A stretch of DNA of 64,000 nucleotides from Fimbriosthenelais zetlandica (lineage: Eukaryota). Positions 11,501-24,886 of this stretch are shown here, in pieces. The stretch is taken from positions 14,322,001 to 14,386,000 of the forward strand of contig OZ365112.1 in the NCBI GenBank assembly GCA_977030845.1, written 5' to 3'. A model generated the notes under the pieces. That model saw only the letters and a list, made by a program, of their open reading frames with translations, searched no databases and was not told the origin of the DNA. The stretch's first letter is position 1. Each line of letters begins with the position of its first letter. Both the position numbers and the translations under genes were made by a program.

Positions 11501-14500
11501 ATTTTAGAGACTTCTCTCGTGCACACATATTTCACTAGCTTCTATTTAATTTTCTTGCTCACATTTTCGTTCCTTCTTTTACCCATTTGTATTTCATCTC
11601 CTTTAACAATTGCAATTTCTCTCTCGGACCTCTCGACCTTTTCTAGTCCCCTGTTTCCCACATGTGTCCAGCTATCTCTGAAATTAAAAGCATGTGTTTT
11701 AACGGGTCATCTGGGTAACGCCTCGAGTCTGACACTTGTAGTGGCTAAAATCTGGTAAACATATTATCCGCGAATATTGAGGCATCTGCTGCCTCTTTCA
11801 GCAGTAGGTGAAAGTTGAGTGTGTATTCCTTCCAATGCTTGCCGCTCAAGTCCTTTGTTGTTCTTTTGAATGCTTGGAAAGCTGGTTGTACTTTACACTT
11901 GGTGCTACTCCATACATGGTCTCTATTTTCAAGAGATTGCTGAAAAAAATAATGGACATACTGTCGTATTTTCACAGTTTTTTTGGTGTTTTTATTTTCT
12001 AGTTGTTTATGTACTCTTGAAACAATCGGTTATAAGCAAGCACTCGAGATTCGGAAGAGGCATGATTTACCAGATATACTAGATTTCGTTTAAAGAAAGT
12101 ATTTCATTTTCGAAATTTATCATGACTTGTTATTTGAACAACTGAGTGGACACCACGGCCAGTACATTTTTCTGTGTAACATTATAATACCAGTATTCTG
12201 GTGGGAGAATGTGTTGTGGTTTGTGCATGTACAGTCGTGTCTCTATGTCAGCCTATTGTTCTCTGTTTAAGTGAAGTTCCTGTTGCTGTCCATCCAGCAG
12301 AGATAAACTCCCTTCTTCTATTTCCCTCTCAGCTCTGAGTGGCCCTTGTCTTTACCAACCGGTGTAAATTTCATAGCCGCAAGGTGTATACATTTTTGCT
12401 GTGATTCTTTGTTCTGTCAGCGAGATGGCTAAGGTTTCAGCGACGACAGATCCAAACCAGATTCATATTTGGAACCAGGAGGGGGTTGATTCTGAAACCG
12501 TTACTATTCAGGTTCATAAAATGGATCCTGGACGATCCAACCCTAGTCCATGGGAAAAATCTATATGGAGGGAATTTGGAGAGCAGCTGGTAACAGGTAA
12601 GGGTCATTTTATGGGAAAACGCTGCGAACGTTCCAGCTTGAGATGATGGTCTTCCGCGTATAAATGGAACTGAAAATGTTTAATAGAAGGTATTGAGGAA
12701 GGGGAGGAACCCCATGCCCAATACCCCCACCCCACCCAGATCCACTTGAGAGATCTTGAGTGGGAGGGACAGTTGTGAGAAGTACCAGTTTATGTGATCC
12801 CTTCCTCAGTTTACCGCCTTGATCAATCCAGCCCCTCAGATTCCAACCCCCAGGGCGTTAGCACTCATCAGAGTGGATATATCCAGACATATCAGAAGGG
12901 TTCAAGGGGAGGTGGAGCCCCTCCAGAGTTCCTCCAGTATTCAGACCATGTGCCTGTGCAAAATGAAGCCAAAAGAAAAGACTTTTTGCTCTACTATAGA
13001 TAGCCGATCATTCCATATCATATTACTGCCTCCGCCCTTCCAGTGGTTTTTCTTTCTTGGATATTTTAACAATTTAAAAAGAATCGAAATCAAATTCTGT
13101 ATTAAAAATACTGATAGACAATTATGTTATATACAATCTTATATTTCTCTGTATACAATAGAAATAATATTTTGCCCAAGTATGGCATTATATTCGAAGG
13201 ATTGACAAGAATTAGTTTACAGAGGAAACACCGAATTCAAAATTTTATTTTGGGCCTAATATATGGATTTAGCATGAAGGCAGGCGGAGCAGGGGGACAT
13301 GTTTATGTAAACAACAGCTGGCCATGTGAAATCTACAGATGACGGGCAGGGGAGAAATGTATACCCCAACTCCAGGCCAGCGACTATCTCCTCACGCTGT
13401 GTCCGATTCCCACTGAAATAGACAGCGTCAGCCCTCCACTCAATATCTATCCACAATATCCAATACCTCCCATAAATTACATTTTCACTTCCCATCCCTC
13501 TCCTATACCACACTCCCAGGACCCTATCCCGTGCTAAAGCTTCTATAGCCACTATGCATGTATTTTGGTATATGAATTTACATGTAAATTATTTTTTATC
13601 CTGATCTTTTCTATCATTATGAGTTTTTCTATAATTATTTTGGAAGACTTTGAGGTCACAATTTATGCATTGACGATTCGAGTTTCAACTGTGTTTATCG
13701 ACCTTAACGAAATTCCTAATAAATGTGAGTTTTCATTAAATGTTTTACACATATTCAGATGACTATGAACACGATATTTTCAATTAGAACGTGTCGACAG
13801 GTTGGATTGGACTAAATATAGACTAGATTGATGTGCACATTGTGCAAGTCCACTAATCTGAAATTGATTTGAAGCCAGTATGTTAGTTCCTCCACCCGCA
13901 TGTGGCGGCGCTGCGTGTACTGGGGTATGTGTGTGTCAGTTGGGGGTGGGTTATGTGAGGGTGGGAGTTAGCTTATTCCCTTGGGGTATTGAATATTTCA
14001 GATGTTTATCGTTATAGCTTCAGCATGCCTGATCATATCTCAAGCCCTGATCTTCTCCTTCAAATACCCCCGGTTTAAAGTCTCTGTCCATGTGGCAAGA
14101 ACATTTCCCAGATCCTCTCAAGCCACTAAGTTCAGCTAGCAGAGCGAATCCATTCCCCCCGGAACTACTCCAACTAATTGCATCGATCTACTGTTATGAG
14201 TCAAAGTGCTATTTACATCCTCTTAGAGAAGCACAATGAAATCATATACATTCTGAATGGCATGTCTAACGGAAAATTTATAGGCAATTGGGCGAACAAA
14301 ATCTCAATTATTTCGACATACTATGGCCTCCCTATGAATTTGATGTAATATTTTAGTAATATTCTCCCTGTTATGGGCCCAGCATGGTATACAAACCCTC
14401 AGGGATATACCATATATTATACCTCATTTATTATATGTCCTAACCTATTTGAATTTTCTGCAATTTTACCCAAACAATCCAGAGTGGAAATTTCAAAACT

Positions 14501-17500
14501 CTGTGTGGATGAGGAGAATTAGGAGTTGGTGTTTGTGAGTGTAGCGGGCTTGTTTTACACATATTGATGGTGACGGGGATGTTATCTTTTGTGAAGGAAG
14601 CACCGTACCTCTATCTCACCCAGATTAACTGGTGATAATCTTATCACAGCCTGTAGATAGGAAGCCACCTACATGTGGCTTCACTTGATGCTTTATTCCA
14701 CCACTTGTCCCTGCTCTAAGCGGCCACACTTCTTTGCAGCATTTGTTCCTGGCTCCGCTTATTTACAGATAATTATGCAAGGAGTCCTCATCTGAACAAT
14801 CTTTGGAACCGGAAGTAGAAGCTCTAAAGAAGAACAGTGATTTAATAATGAAGAATTTGATTTAAACAAATCTAGGATAATGAAGTATTCGATATTTGCA
14901 AAAATAGAATACTGTCATGAAACACACTCATACTTTCCCTATTGGACAGTTTCTTTCTGTACAGTTCATTCTACATCTTATCTGACTAAATTCATTTGAA
15001 TGAGAAATTATGTTTGAGTTTATAGTCCAAAGTAACCTGTCGGAATATAGGCCTACATATTGTATAAACACATTTATGAATGGGTGGCATATAATCTCTC
15101 CAGACTTATCCGGCTTATCTGAGTGTATGTGTGGTGGTAGGATACCCATATATTGGTATAACATCATGAGTATATACCTCTATTGATATGCTGTATTTGC
15201 CGCTGGTGAGCCGCAATTTCGGACCAATGTAATAAGACGAATTCCCTGGAGTTTGCCCCGCAAAAAGATTGGTATTAAAGCAAGCGGAGTGGAAGACAGC
15301 TCCAGGGCTGTTTCTTGTTCCTGGGGAGGGCTGGATTTGATTGCTGGTGGATAAGGCCGATATGGAGCTTTACCATCGTCTTCTATGTCAAACACTCGTG
15401 GGAAAAAGCCACCAGTCTATAGGCTTGCCATCGGGAGCTGGAGTAAACGAAAATGACCAGAGTTGATACATTTTTAACACAAGTCCAACTCCAGTTTTTC
15501 ACTTGTCTTTTTTGGCTTGAGGTAAATTTAGAGGGTAAAGGGAGGAATGGTGATTTGATGTATTCTGGTCGTGTATACGAGGGTCGGTAGGGGAGGCTAG
15601 CCTTGGGAGGATGGGGTGGGACGGGGTTGGCAGCTGATGCAGGGCGATTAAATATGGCTGGGGATGGGTGAGTGTGGTTGGGGTACAATAAGATGCTGAT
15701 CACGTTATAGAGAAGGTCCTGGAGTGGTAGAGGCGGAGAGTGTGTGGGGGGTTGGTGCTCCCTCCCACCCCACCCCCACTTCGATCCAAGCCCAAAACCA
15801 TGCATCCCCTCCCCATGTTTTACATCCACTAACCCACACACACTCAGGCAGGCCTATACACAGATGGAATTCCCTACCCCTAGCCCTGGCTATCTGGAAA
15901 TTGTCCTAGCGCATCTAATAACGTCCAGACCCCTGGGTGACCCCACCACCTGGAATATAGAATTACCCCACGCCATATTGCCAGTGTTACTCCCACTCCC
16001 CCTCTCCATGCCTCACCATAGGCCTGCCAACATGTTCCATAAAATGCTTTTGCGTGTTTTCAAATGGCATTTGCATCTAGGGAAACCTTGACATAATCTC
16101 ATATGGGGTTAGAGGAAGAGGCAGCAGGGATTGAACACTTAGTTTTCAGAGCTTTCTTTTTTCCCTACGGCTGGTCACCCCGGGGGCATGGCAGACATGC
16201 ATGCATGTGGAGAGAGCGTGCATGATGTTGGTTTTTATGGGGATGGAATGGGCGCGAGCAGAATGTATAGATTGGTCCCTATCACCTCGAAGCTATCACA
16301 ATTCACATGATTCTCACATATTTTCCTTGGAGTTTTCATACAGATCTGCATCATCTTCCCACCAAAGCAATTAGCTTCAGCAGTGTCCATTCAAACTGAA
16401 AATCTTCTGGCACTGCCTTGAACATTGGCGGTTGAATTTTTTTATGGGAGTTGCATTGATTTCATTAATCAACTGTGGTTGACATGGGAATATGATGCAT
16501 TATAATTATATATCATGGACATCACGTGTACAATGTTTCATAATTGAAATGCATCTCAATCTGTTGATACCCGAGCCTCAAAGTGATTAAATGTCAAGTG
16601 TGATGGTCAACATATGGACATCATACATTATATTAAGAAAAGAACAATATTTGTAGGCCTGTTCCAGCAGTATATATCAATTATAATAATAGAATGCCTA
16701 CTATCGTTATGATGATGCTTTGTTATACTGATGCCTCATTATAGAGTATGCATCACTAGTTCCAGATCAGATTTTTTCCATAGAAACATGTCTCTATATC
16801 TGGACTATCTGTATTCCACAATTCCCCCTCTCTCCACGTTTTAAGCCCCCCTCCCACCACCCCTTCCGTCCCTCCTGGCCATGCCAACTCCACCAGCTGC
16901 TGATTCAATCCGTTACCAAGGAAACGAGCACAAGAAAAACAAGGCCCTTGCATGCATATGCAACCGCATGCAGTGCTTGCATCCAAGAACGTCGAAATCC
17001 AATTAAATCTCGAGCAATAACTTGGAAACACACTTACATGGTCGCTTGTCGAGGCGGCCAGGGCCCAAAGCCCGCACTCTACCTTGACTGACAACAAAAT
17101 AAATTGGAGCTAGTCATTCCTAGCACGAAAGACACGAAGTGGAGTGAAAGCGGGGACACTAGTATGATAAAACTTGCATTAGATCCAATTAGGACTAAAT
17201 GCCTTGACTCATTTAGAGAGGAGAGTGGCTGGCTTTCCAGCCTTTGATGTTGGTTGGGAACCACATGATAATACTGCGATTAGAGACCGTTCCCTATCGG
17301 CCCTAATTTGCATATTTTAATCTCTACCTCCTAAGGGGAGCTGGATCCGGGGTTGTGGGGGGTTAAGGGGAGGATTAAGGACCCTCTCTATGGTATGGAC
17401 CTCAGGGGTCGGACTATAATTATCTCGCGTCCCTGAAATGCCCTAAAGATGGGAATCACGTCTGGGGCTAGGGCCTAAAAGGGCCCTGGAAGGGCCAGAA

Positions 17501-19505
17501 AGGGCCTGACCAAGCTGTCAGTCCGGACTGTGGAGTCATTATGCTCATCTTCCTTTCATTTGTCCCTTCTTACAAAAGGGTCGGCCTGTGTATCGGTTGG
17601 AGGCTGGGATGAGGCTTGAAAGGATGCCATCTGCGGCCTATATCCTCCTCTCTTCTCCAATCTCAACTCTTCCAGGTTACCACTGGAGGTAGGAAATTCG
17701 CCAGCCGGAGGGGCTAATTGCTGAGTGTAAGAAAGAAAGGGACAGGAAGGGAAAGGGGCTGAATTTCCAGGCTTTCTCTGATTCGAAGAGAAAGAGACCC
17801 CGGGGCTCCTTTTAAGGGGGCGTGTGGCCCAACCAATAATTACCATCAGGGGAAAATGGATAAAGTGTAAAAATAGTGGAGGAGACGGCCGGTAGGGGGA
17901 CTGACAGGCGGCGCCAGAGGGCATGTCCATTTTTGATGTTCCGATGTGGTCGATAGGAACCTGACAAAGGTACATTTCAGAAGGGGCAATTTGTGGAAAT
18001 CCTTACATGACCCTTTTAAAAGAAGGCCCTTTGTTTGTGTGCCATACACTCCTCAAGATAACACTGCAGCACGACCCCCTATACTCGCCACATATTTCAT
18101 ATCACACACTAATGTTATATTGGTAATGCATATCGCCTTTCACACACAACTGGTTTCCGGATCCAAATGGAAGAGATTGAAATCGATCTGATTGTGTTGT
18201 ATTGTAGCTTTCCTGACAGCCATGGGACCAAATGGAAGATGGGGCAAGATATGCTTGAGGAAAGAGTGAGGGGAAGAGAGAGAAATCTTGGGGCTTTTTG
18301 AAACTCTTTGATGTTGGATACACCAAGGGTTAAAATGCTTGAAGGTATATACAGGCGACCAGGTGCCATGTCAGTTGGGGTAGGGTACAGGTTACACCCC
18401 CTGTCAGTTCTACCCTCTCACTGGATGAGGGTGAAAAATGTACCTTTCAGTCAATTCCTTTGAACATGCGAGACTTGTCGGACGGCGCCATGTCTCCCTC
18501 AAAACACCCTCTCCTCTTGCCCCAACGTCGTGCACTCCACGGTCAAAACATCTTCAAAATTCTGCCTCCCCAAATTACCCACACTGTGCCCCCAACAATA
18601 AACACAGCCTAAAAGCAAATGTTTAGGTACATATAGGCAAATACAAACACTTGACAGTTGACGAGGGCCCATGGTGTAATTTCTCTGACAAACCCGTATA
18701 TTTGGGCAGGCTGAATTAAGGCCCCTTTACCTGTCGCCATAGTGATGGATCTAGTTTTGATGAGAGGGGAGAGAGAAAAAGCCAGGTATGCCTCGTCACA
18801 CACACAGGTGTCACGAGCCTTCTTTTCAACTTGAAGGTAATATATAGCTCAGGCTATGTATGCCATACGTTCTACATCCAACCACAGATCGAAGTTGACC
18901 AAATACTAGGAATATGCTTTATTTTAAAAAATAAATTGATTTCAAAATTTATAACGGAAAACAGAAATATTATGTCGTAATGGAGTTCCTTTTAGAATTG
19001 TTGGATGGGTTAAAATTCATGAAACTGGCAACACTTTTGGAAATTATTTTTTACCATAATTAACCGCTTTGAATTTCCATTTTAAAATATAAATGTTTGC
19101 CACGTATGGCTTAAAATCCATCAGTCTCCATGTAAGGAATGTGTGTGTGGAAAATAATGTATAAAATCAGTTTCGTTCCTACAGAACCACATAAATAGAA
19201 TCTTGTCTGTAAAATTAACATTTTGCCATTCTAGTAAGTCACAAACGACCGTTATACTTAGTCCTATTGTAAGACCTAACTGGTAAGCACCGGTTTTTGT
19301 AGAATTCCTCTATTTCAAATATTACGCGCAGTTATGCAAGATGAATACTTGCTCCTTGGCTGCCGAATGAGAGTTACGTAACATTACATAATTTAATGGA
19401 CTATGTCCCTTCATGTAACCATGAGCAATGATACAAAACGACCCTAGGATGAAACATTAAACCTTCCCATTTGAACTGGCACGCTGTAAGAACGTCAATG
19501 ACGCG

Positions 19506-19734
19506 CATGACGTCATGAAGTATGTATGACATAGGGGAGAATATGAGCACGTTCTGAATCCCCCCACCCCCTCCCATTCATCAATCAATCTCAGGGAATC
19601 AATCTCTCAATTATAGGTCACCTCTGACGCTCATTTCTCTGTATTAAAGCTGGATGCCATTAGAAGATCGTTAAGGTTGGCCCTCCCCACGACGCCGTCC
19701 CTCCCGTTAATGACGTCATTTAGACCCGACGTCA
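19506..19734. promoter_or_regulatory. Homotypic CRE (CREB/ATF) cluster
   Basis: TGACGTCA at 19508-19515 and 19711-19718, each inside a 12-bp palindrome (catgacgtcatg, aatgacgtcatt); CGACGTCA at 19727-19734; CpG-rich surroundings. Confidence 0.35.
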
Positions 19735-20245
19735 GGGAGTTATGCCATTTCAACAGCTGAAATGTAGAAGAGCGTCCCGTCATTACGGTTGACATTTTAT
19801 CTGGCGCTTCTATCACGTTTGATGATCGCGTGCGTTTGTTTCATATGCTGCCAGCGCCAGCTCTAGAGGAATTTCTGATGGAAATTCGCGATAAGGTCGC
19901 CGAGTAAAACACCATCTCGGATGCAAAATATGCCAGACTGCGACGGTGAATTCGTCGCTGGCATGTCTTGGATTCGTTGTAAATGCGACATATCGGTATT
20001 TAAGATAAAAATACAGTGCCTATTAGAAGCCCTATCAGTCACAAGCGTGGGCTAGGCGTTGATAATATCGCACGCGTGGTGCCATTTCCATATGGAAAAT
20101 TTCACATGGGGCTTATTAAAGTTTTCACTCAAATTCGGATCGTTCATTCACAAAAGGGGCTGAGAATAGCGTATGTAATATGCAGGGAGAAGGGAGGAAA
20201 TCCCCGAGAACTGGAGGGATTTTAAAATTCCCCACTATGTGAACA

Positions 20246-20315
20246 AGAGAGAGAGAGAGGAGGCAACACTGCTGCTGCCTGAACCAAGTCTTTCACACCA
20301 CCTCCTCCTCCTCCT
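20246..20315. repeat. Short microsatellites (AG)7 and (CCT)5
   Basis: (AG)7 at 20246-20259 and (CCT)5 at 20301-20315. Confidence 0.9.
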
Positions 20316-20443
20316 CCCCCTCCTACAACAAACGCCATTACAGACTGCGCGCGGCTCCAAAAACCCTCCATTTCGCGCCCTAAATTCTCAACAAAATCTA
20401 CCTTACCCTGGCTGAAAACCACTTGAAACACTTAGTGTCCCCT

Positions 20444-20463
20444 TTGCTGGACCTTGCTGGACC
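20444..20463. repeat. Tandem micro-duplication, 2 x 10 bp exact
   Basis: ttgctggacc occurs twice in direct succession. Confidence 0.6.
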
Positions 20464-20794
20464 CTGTAGGTTCGGGTGTGGGTCCGATATAGCCTCCTTT
20501 CTTAATGATTATGATGATGACCCCAAATGGGTGATTTATAGCCCTTCGACTTCCGGTCGTGGAAGGCAATAAAAAGGGAAACATATGGAAGGCAGCAGGG
20601 TAAGACACTCCGTTCTCAAACGATTTTCTTTAGTTTTCATTCAGTATATTGCATGTATATTGTACACAGTGCATGGGGAAGTATCTGTGCTGGTTTTGGT
20701 GTTGTTTTTTCTGGCCTCGCGGGTGGATTCTAGGCGTAGTTAGCGTCAAACATGGAGCGAGACGCGGGAGCTTCTACACGGACTACTCCCAGAC

Positions 20795-20838
20795 CAATAT
20801 GGCGGGCCTGCCTCAGCAAAATGGCGGGCCTACCTCGC
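20795..20838 (+). repeat. Tandem duplication, 2 x 22 bp, each copy containing a YY1-type motif
   Basis: caatatggcgggcctgcctcag / caaaatggcgggcctacctcgc, 18/22 identical; each copy carries ATGGCGG. Confidence 0.75.
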
Positions 20839-23800
20839 TCCTATTTTCGTTCACCACGCAGAAAGCAATTACTGTGAATGAATGATATCACACAGTGACG
20901 CTTTTCAGACGTTGGCACACAATGTGGTTGTGATTTGGATGGGCAAAGGGGCACGGAAGACTTGATTTCGTTTGGATCTACATTTTTGTTGTCCCGCCAA
21001 CAATGGCGGACGTGGAAAGTAGGCCACGGGACCAGCATGATCTGTTTGAAAGTCGTCTGGCATGCCGGTGGAGCCTGATCTCACGTACACCATTCTTCCC
21101 CGCCCTACCATGTTTGCAGTACTGTCAAAATAGAATATAACGCCATTTAGGGCGGAATCCGGGTGTATTTTTCACTTTTTCGTTAGCTTTGGGCAATGCA
21201 CTATTTTCTTGTCTGTGTGTAGGCCATTAGGGGGAGAGGTGGAGGTGGTGGCGTCTCCATTGCTCTGTTGGGCCGGGATACTGGCTTGAATATGATTAAA
21301 ATATTGATTATCTGGCCAGCACATACTTGTCTTTCACGCAAGTCAATTTTGTCAGTAGGAATCTCCCTGTGTGTATCTTTCATATTTGTTCAAGCGTTAT
21401 TTGATACGTTTCAATATATTGCGCAGAACTTTAGTTCCATGTCGTAGATAGTGAATTTAGTTGGCTTGATACATTTGTCGAAAGTTCCATGCATTTCTGT
21501 ATGAGCTACTCAGGGAGCGTTTATGTATGAATATTGTTTTTATTCTAGTTTAGCTTTAGTTTTTATGCATTTTTATATACTAGTTTTATGGTGGTAAAGA
21601 TAATTATGTACTACTCTAAAGTGATTGTCAATCTTTGACCATATGGCTTCGCTCTTTCCATATTTATCCTCTGCTGATATTTCAACAAAAACCGTTTATT
21701 GCTTCACTCAGGGAGGAGCTATCTAAATATTGAGCAATTGAGCAAACCATTAATATCTCTCCTCGGAATGCAAAAATAACACGCGTCAGCATTGGTGCCC
21801 CAGCTGAAGCCACATTATTAGAAACGAATCTAATACATAGTCGTATCATTGTCACACAAAGAACTCATAGCGCCATTTTCTGTCCGCTATGCCCCCTTCT
21901 CAAGGGAGTCGGACCCGGGCCTATAACGGTTTTGTAACAGGTCCTGGGGCCATTATTCAAATATCATTAATTCAGCCACATGCCCCAGCCAAAATGGCTG
22001 CCGAGCAGGCTTGTATTCATGTAGTGTTACCAGGGGTAACGGTGCTTTACCATCATGAATGTTTTTTCTTCGTATGTAAATGCAAATTAAGGGTCTCTAA
22101 GGCTCGGATGTGAACAACTGGGGCCAAACATTGAACGCCTGGTCAGTTAGGACTGGCCATAAGGTGGACAATAAAAGCACTTGGTGCAGCTTGTCTGGTC
22201 ATTCATTGACGGCCTTTTATAAAGCAATAGTGGCCCTCTTGGGACACAAGTGACCATTTGAAATTTAGCCAACCATAATAAGGAGGCTAAATTAAGACAT
22301 AGATTCCATCCACGTTGACATCTGTGTATGCCAAATATATGAGAAATCGTTTGCGTTTTGTGGCAAAAGATATTTGATAAACATTTTGAATATTGGAATT
22401 TCTATAGAAGCTCTATTTTTGCGACCACTCTAGATTGGTAAATCGAAGAGGCATTTTTCTATATCCAATTAATTTATTTTTACGCATAATGCGATCGCTA
22501 TAGGAAAACATTGGCGGCCTTCTAAATGTGTAGGGATATCCATGTATAGCTATAGATAGATATAGATTGGATCAGTGGGTAGCGGGGGAGAGGGAGGCGA
22601 GTGTGATGTATCACCGTCCCCGCCTGCCCTCACACAATCAGCTGTTTGTATTTCTTTTCTTTCTCACTCTAGTGCTCTCCCGCAAATAAATACTGTCTAT
22701 ATTATAAGCCTGGGTAAATATATTTCAGAATTAGTTCGGTTACTTTCTTGATGCTGAGGAGGCTTTTTTAAGTAGGGAGTTGAATATGCAGCTTTCAATT
22801 CATTTATGCAAATGGCTGATTTTTTCCCACTTCAGTATGGTTTAAATTGGGCTAAAATGAGCTGCTGATATTAAAACGTTTACAATTGAATGTAGGCCTA
22901 GTTTAGTGGATGGGAATGTAGATGGAATGGTTGGTGGGGAGTGTAGGCCTGGCTGTGGTCGGGAGGAGGCCGGGTTAAGGCGGGTGATTTATGGGACTAC
23001 AGACCGCGCCAGGCGGCCCGCCATTCAAGCCTGCCCGGGACCTCCATATCCCCCACCCCACACACTCACTCACACTGGAGGAAAACATTGCTTTACTTTA
23101 TAAGATCCTCCCAATCAAATCATACACGCTTTGATATGACCGCCACTTCCTTTGCCTACGACCCTATATACCCCCCGACGAGTGACTGACATTTCAATTT
23201 GCCCAAGCAGGGGGCTGGGGATTGGGGGACCTGGGGGTTAGAGATCCTCTCTCTTCCAGGCCGAGAAATTCGTTCTAATTTTCCGCCGCGTTGGAAACAA
23301 GCCACCAGAGACTGTATTTGCGGCACCGACCGTGGAGGGGAGAGTTGACTTGGCCTTCTATTTCTGCCGCTCAAGGTTGGGGGTAGTGGGCCTTAGCTGG
23401 ACCTCCTTACTGTAGTAAAATGACTCCCGGGGAGGCCCAGGAGGAGGGGGATTTATTTTGCTATTTGTTCTTTATTATTTCCACTCAGACGTGGGTGCTG
23501 CTCTAGCGTTAATTTAATTGATGCATGGGTTTATATTTAGCTGTGAACTGGTTTAGCAAATCGTATTATTTTCACTACAGATTAGGACTTTTTTACAATT
23601 CAATGTTGCAATTGCGTGTCTACATTTTGCCCTGGCATATCTTTATCCACCTTTCCATCTCTTCTTTCCAAAACTACCACATCTCCCTTCTTTTTCTTTC
23701 TCCACTGCCTCCCTCCCCTTCTGTCTCCATCCACCCCACGCCCTATTTTCGATCAATATCCTAGAAAACAACTTGGAAATATTTGCCAATGAAAGACATC

Positions 23801-24872
23801 CTCTGGGACAGTATTGAGCTGGGGTGAGGTGGACTGGGGTTGAGATGGGGGTTGCTAGGGGTGGGGTGAAGCCCTGTCTGGGATCGGTGAGTTATTGATT
23901 CATGCCTCTTTCAATCCGGGCGCGCCTGGAGAGTCTGAGAGAATGAGAGACCGTGGAGGGCCCGAGACGGGAGGGCGGGGCGGGCGGTCTTGTAGCCCGC
24001 TATGCTTGGAGGGGTCGCGCCCGGTCCCAAATCCCTCGGTCACTCCAGGGCGGGCAAGACAACGTCTCTATTAATTTTCTCCCCGCTCCCCAACTGATAA
24101 AACTGGACAGCGGGTGAAATTACTTGAGTCCCAGTCAGGGGCCAGTGGGCCGACCTTGGAGGGACGTGGGAGCCATGGAGGCAAATAGTGTATTATTCTC
24201 AGATCTGATTAAGTTTGTGTAAGAAGTCGGGCAACTGTGACCGATGGAAAAACTATGGCCTCGTCATTTCTGTTTGAAATGCCTTCAGTAATATGTCCCC
24301 TCCAATGGATGGATATATTTGCTCAAGAGTTTGATATATCATTTTAACTTGGGGGTATTGCTACAGTCCCAATAGACAGTTAAAGAAGTCGTCATTCTCG
24401 TCCATACTGGCCATTTATATATAGCCTTTGCCTAGAAAATGGCTCAGAATTGAAGTCATCGACCCACGAATTTCTCTTTGTGCATTTAAGATTTTAAAAC
24501 ATCACAAGTTTTCCCTTCGAGGTGCTACCTGAGTTAGCTTCCAATATGAAAAGCTTTTGTCAGCGTTTTCACCTGTCACCCCCACCCTTCTACACTTTTA
24601 AAATACTTTTACCAATTTTATTTCCATCCTTGTGATTAATTTTAGTTGAAAATCCTCCTTCTATTCATTATGCTAGTCATAGCGTGATCACAAACCCTAG
24701 ATGGTCTGGAGCAAAACCAAAAAACAATTAAATATGTAAAGAAGTGACCTTCCCGAACCTACAGGTAAAAGCTGGTAGCACGCGCTGGAGCGTCCATGTC
24801 ACGCACACAGCGTTCTTGAAGCGCTCAGGAATGCCAACTTTCCCTGGCCATAAAATTACATGTGGTTAGGCT

Positions 24873-24886
24873 GTTGCCATAGTAAC
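24873..24886. promoter_or_regulatory. RFX X-box consensus match
   Basis: GTTGCCATAGTAAC, in a moderately CpG-rich patch (about 24780-24950). Confidence 0.4.
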
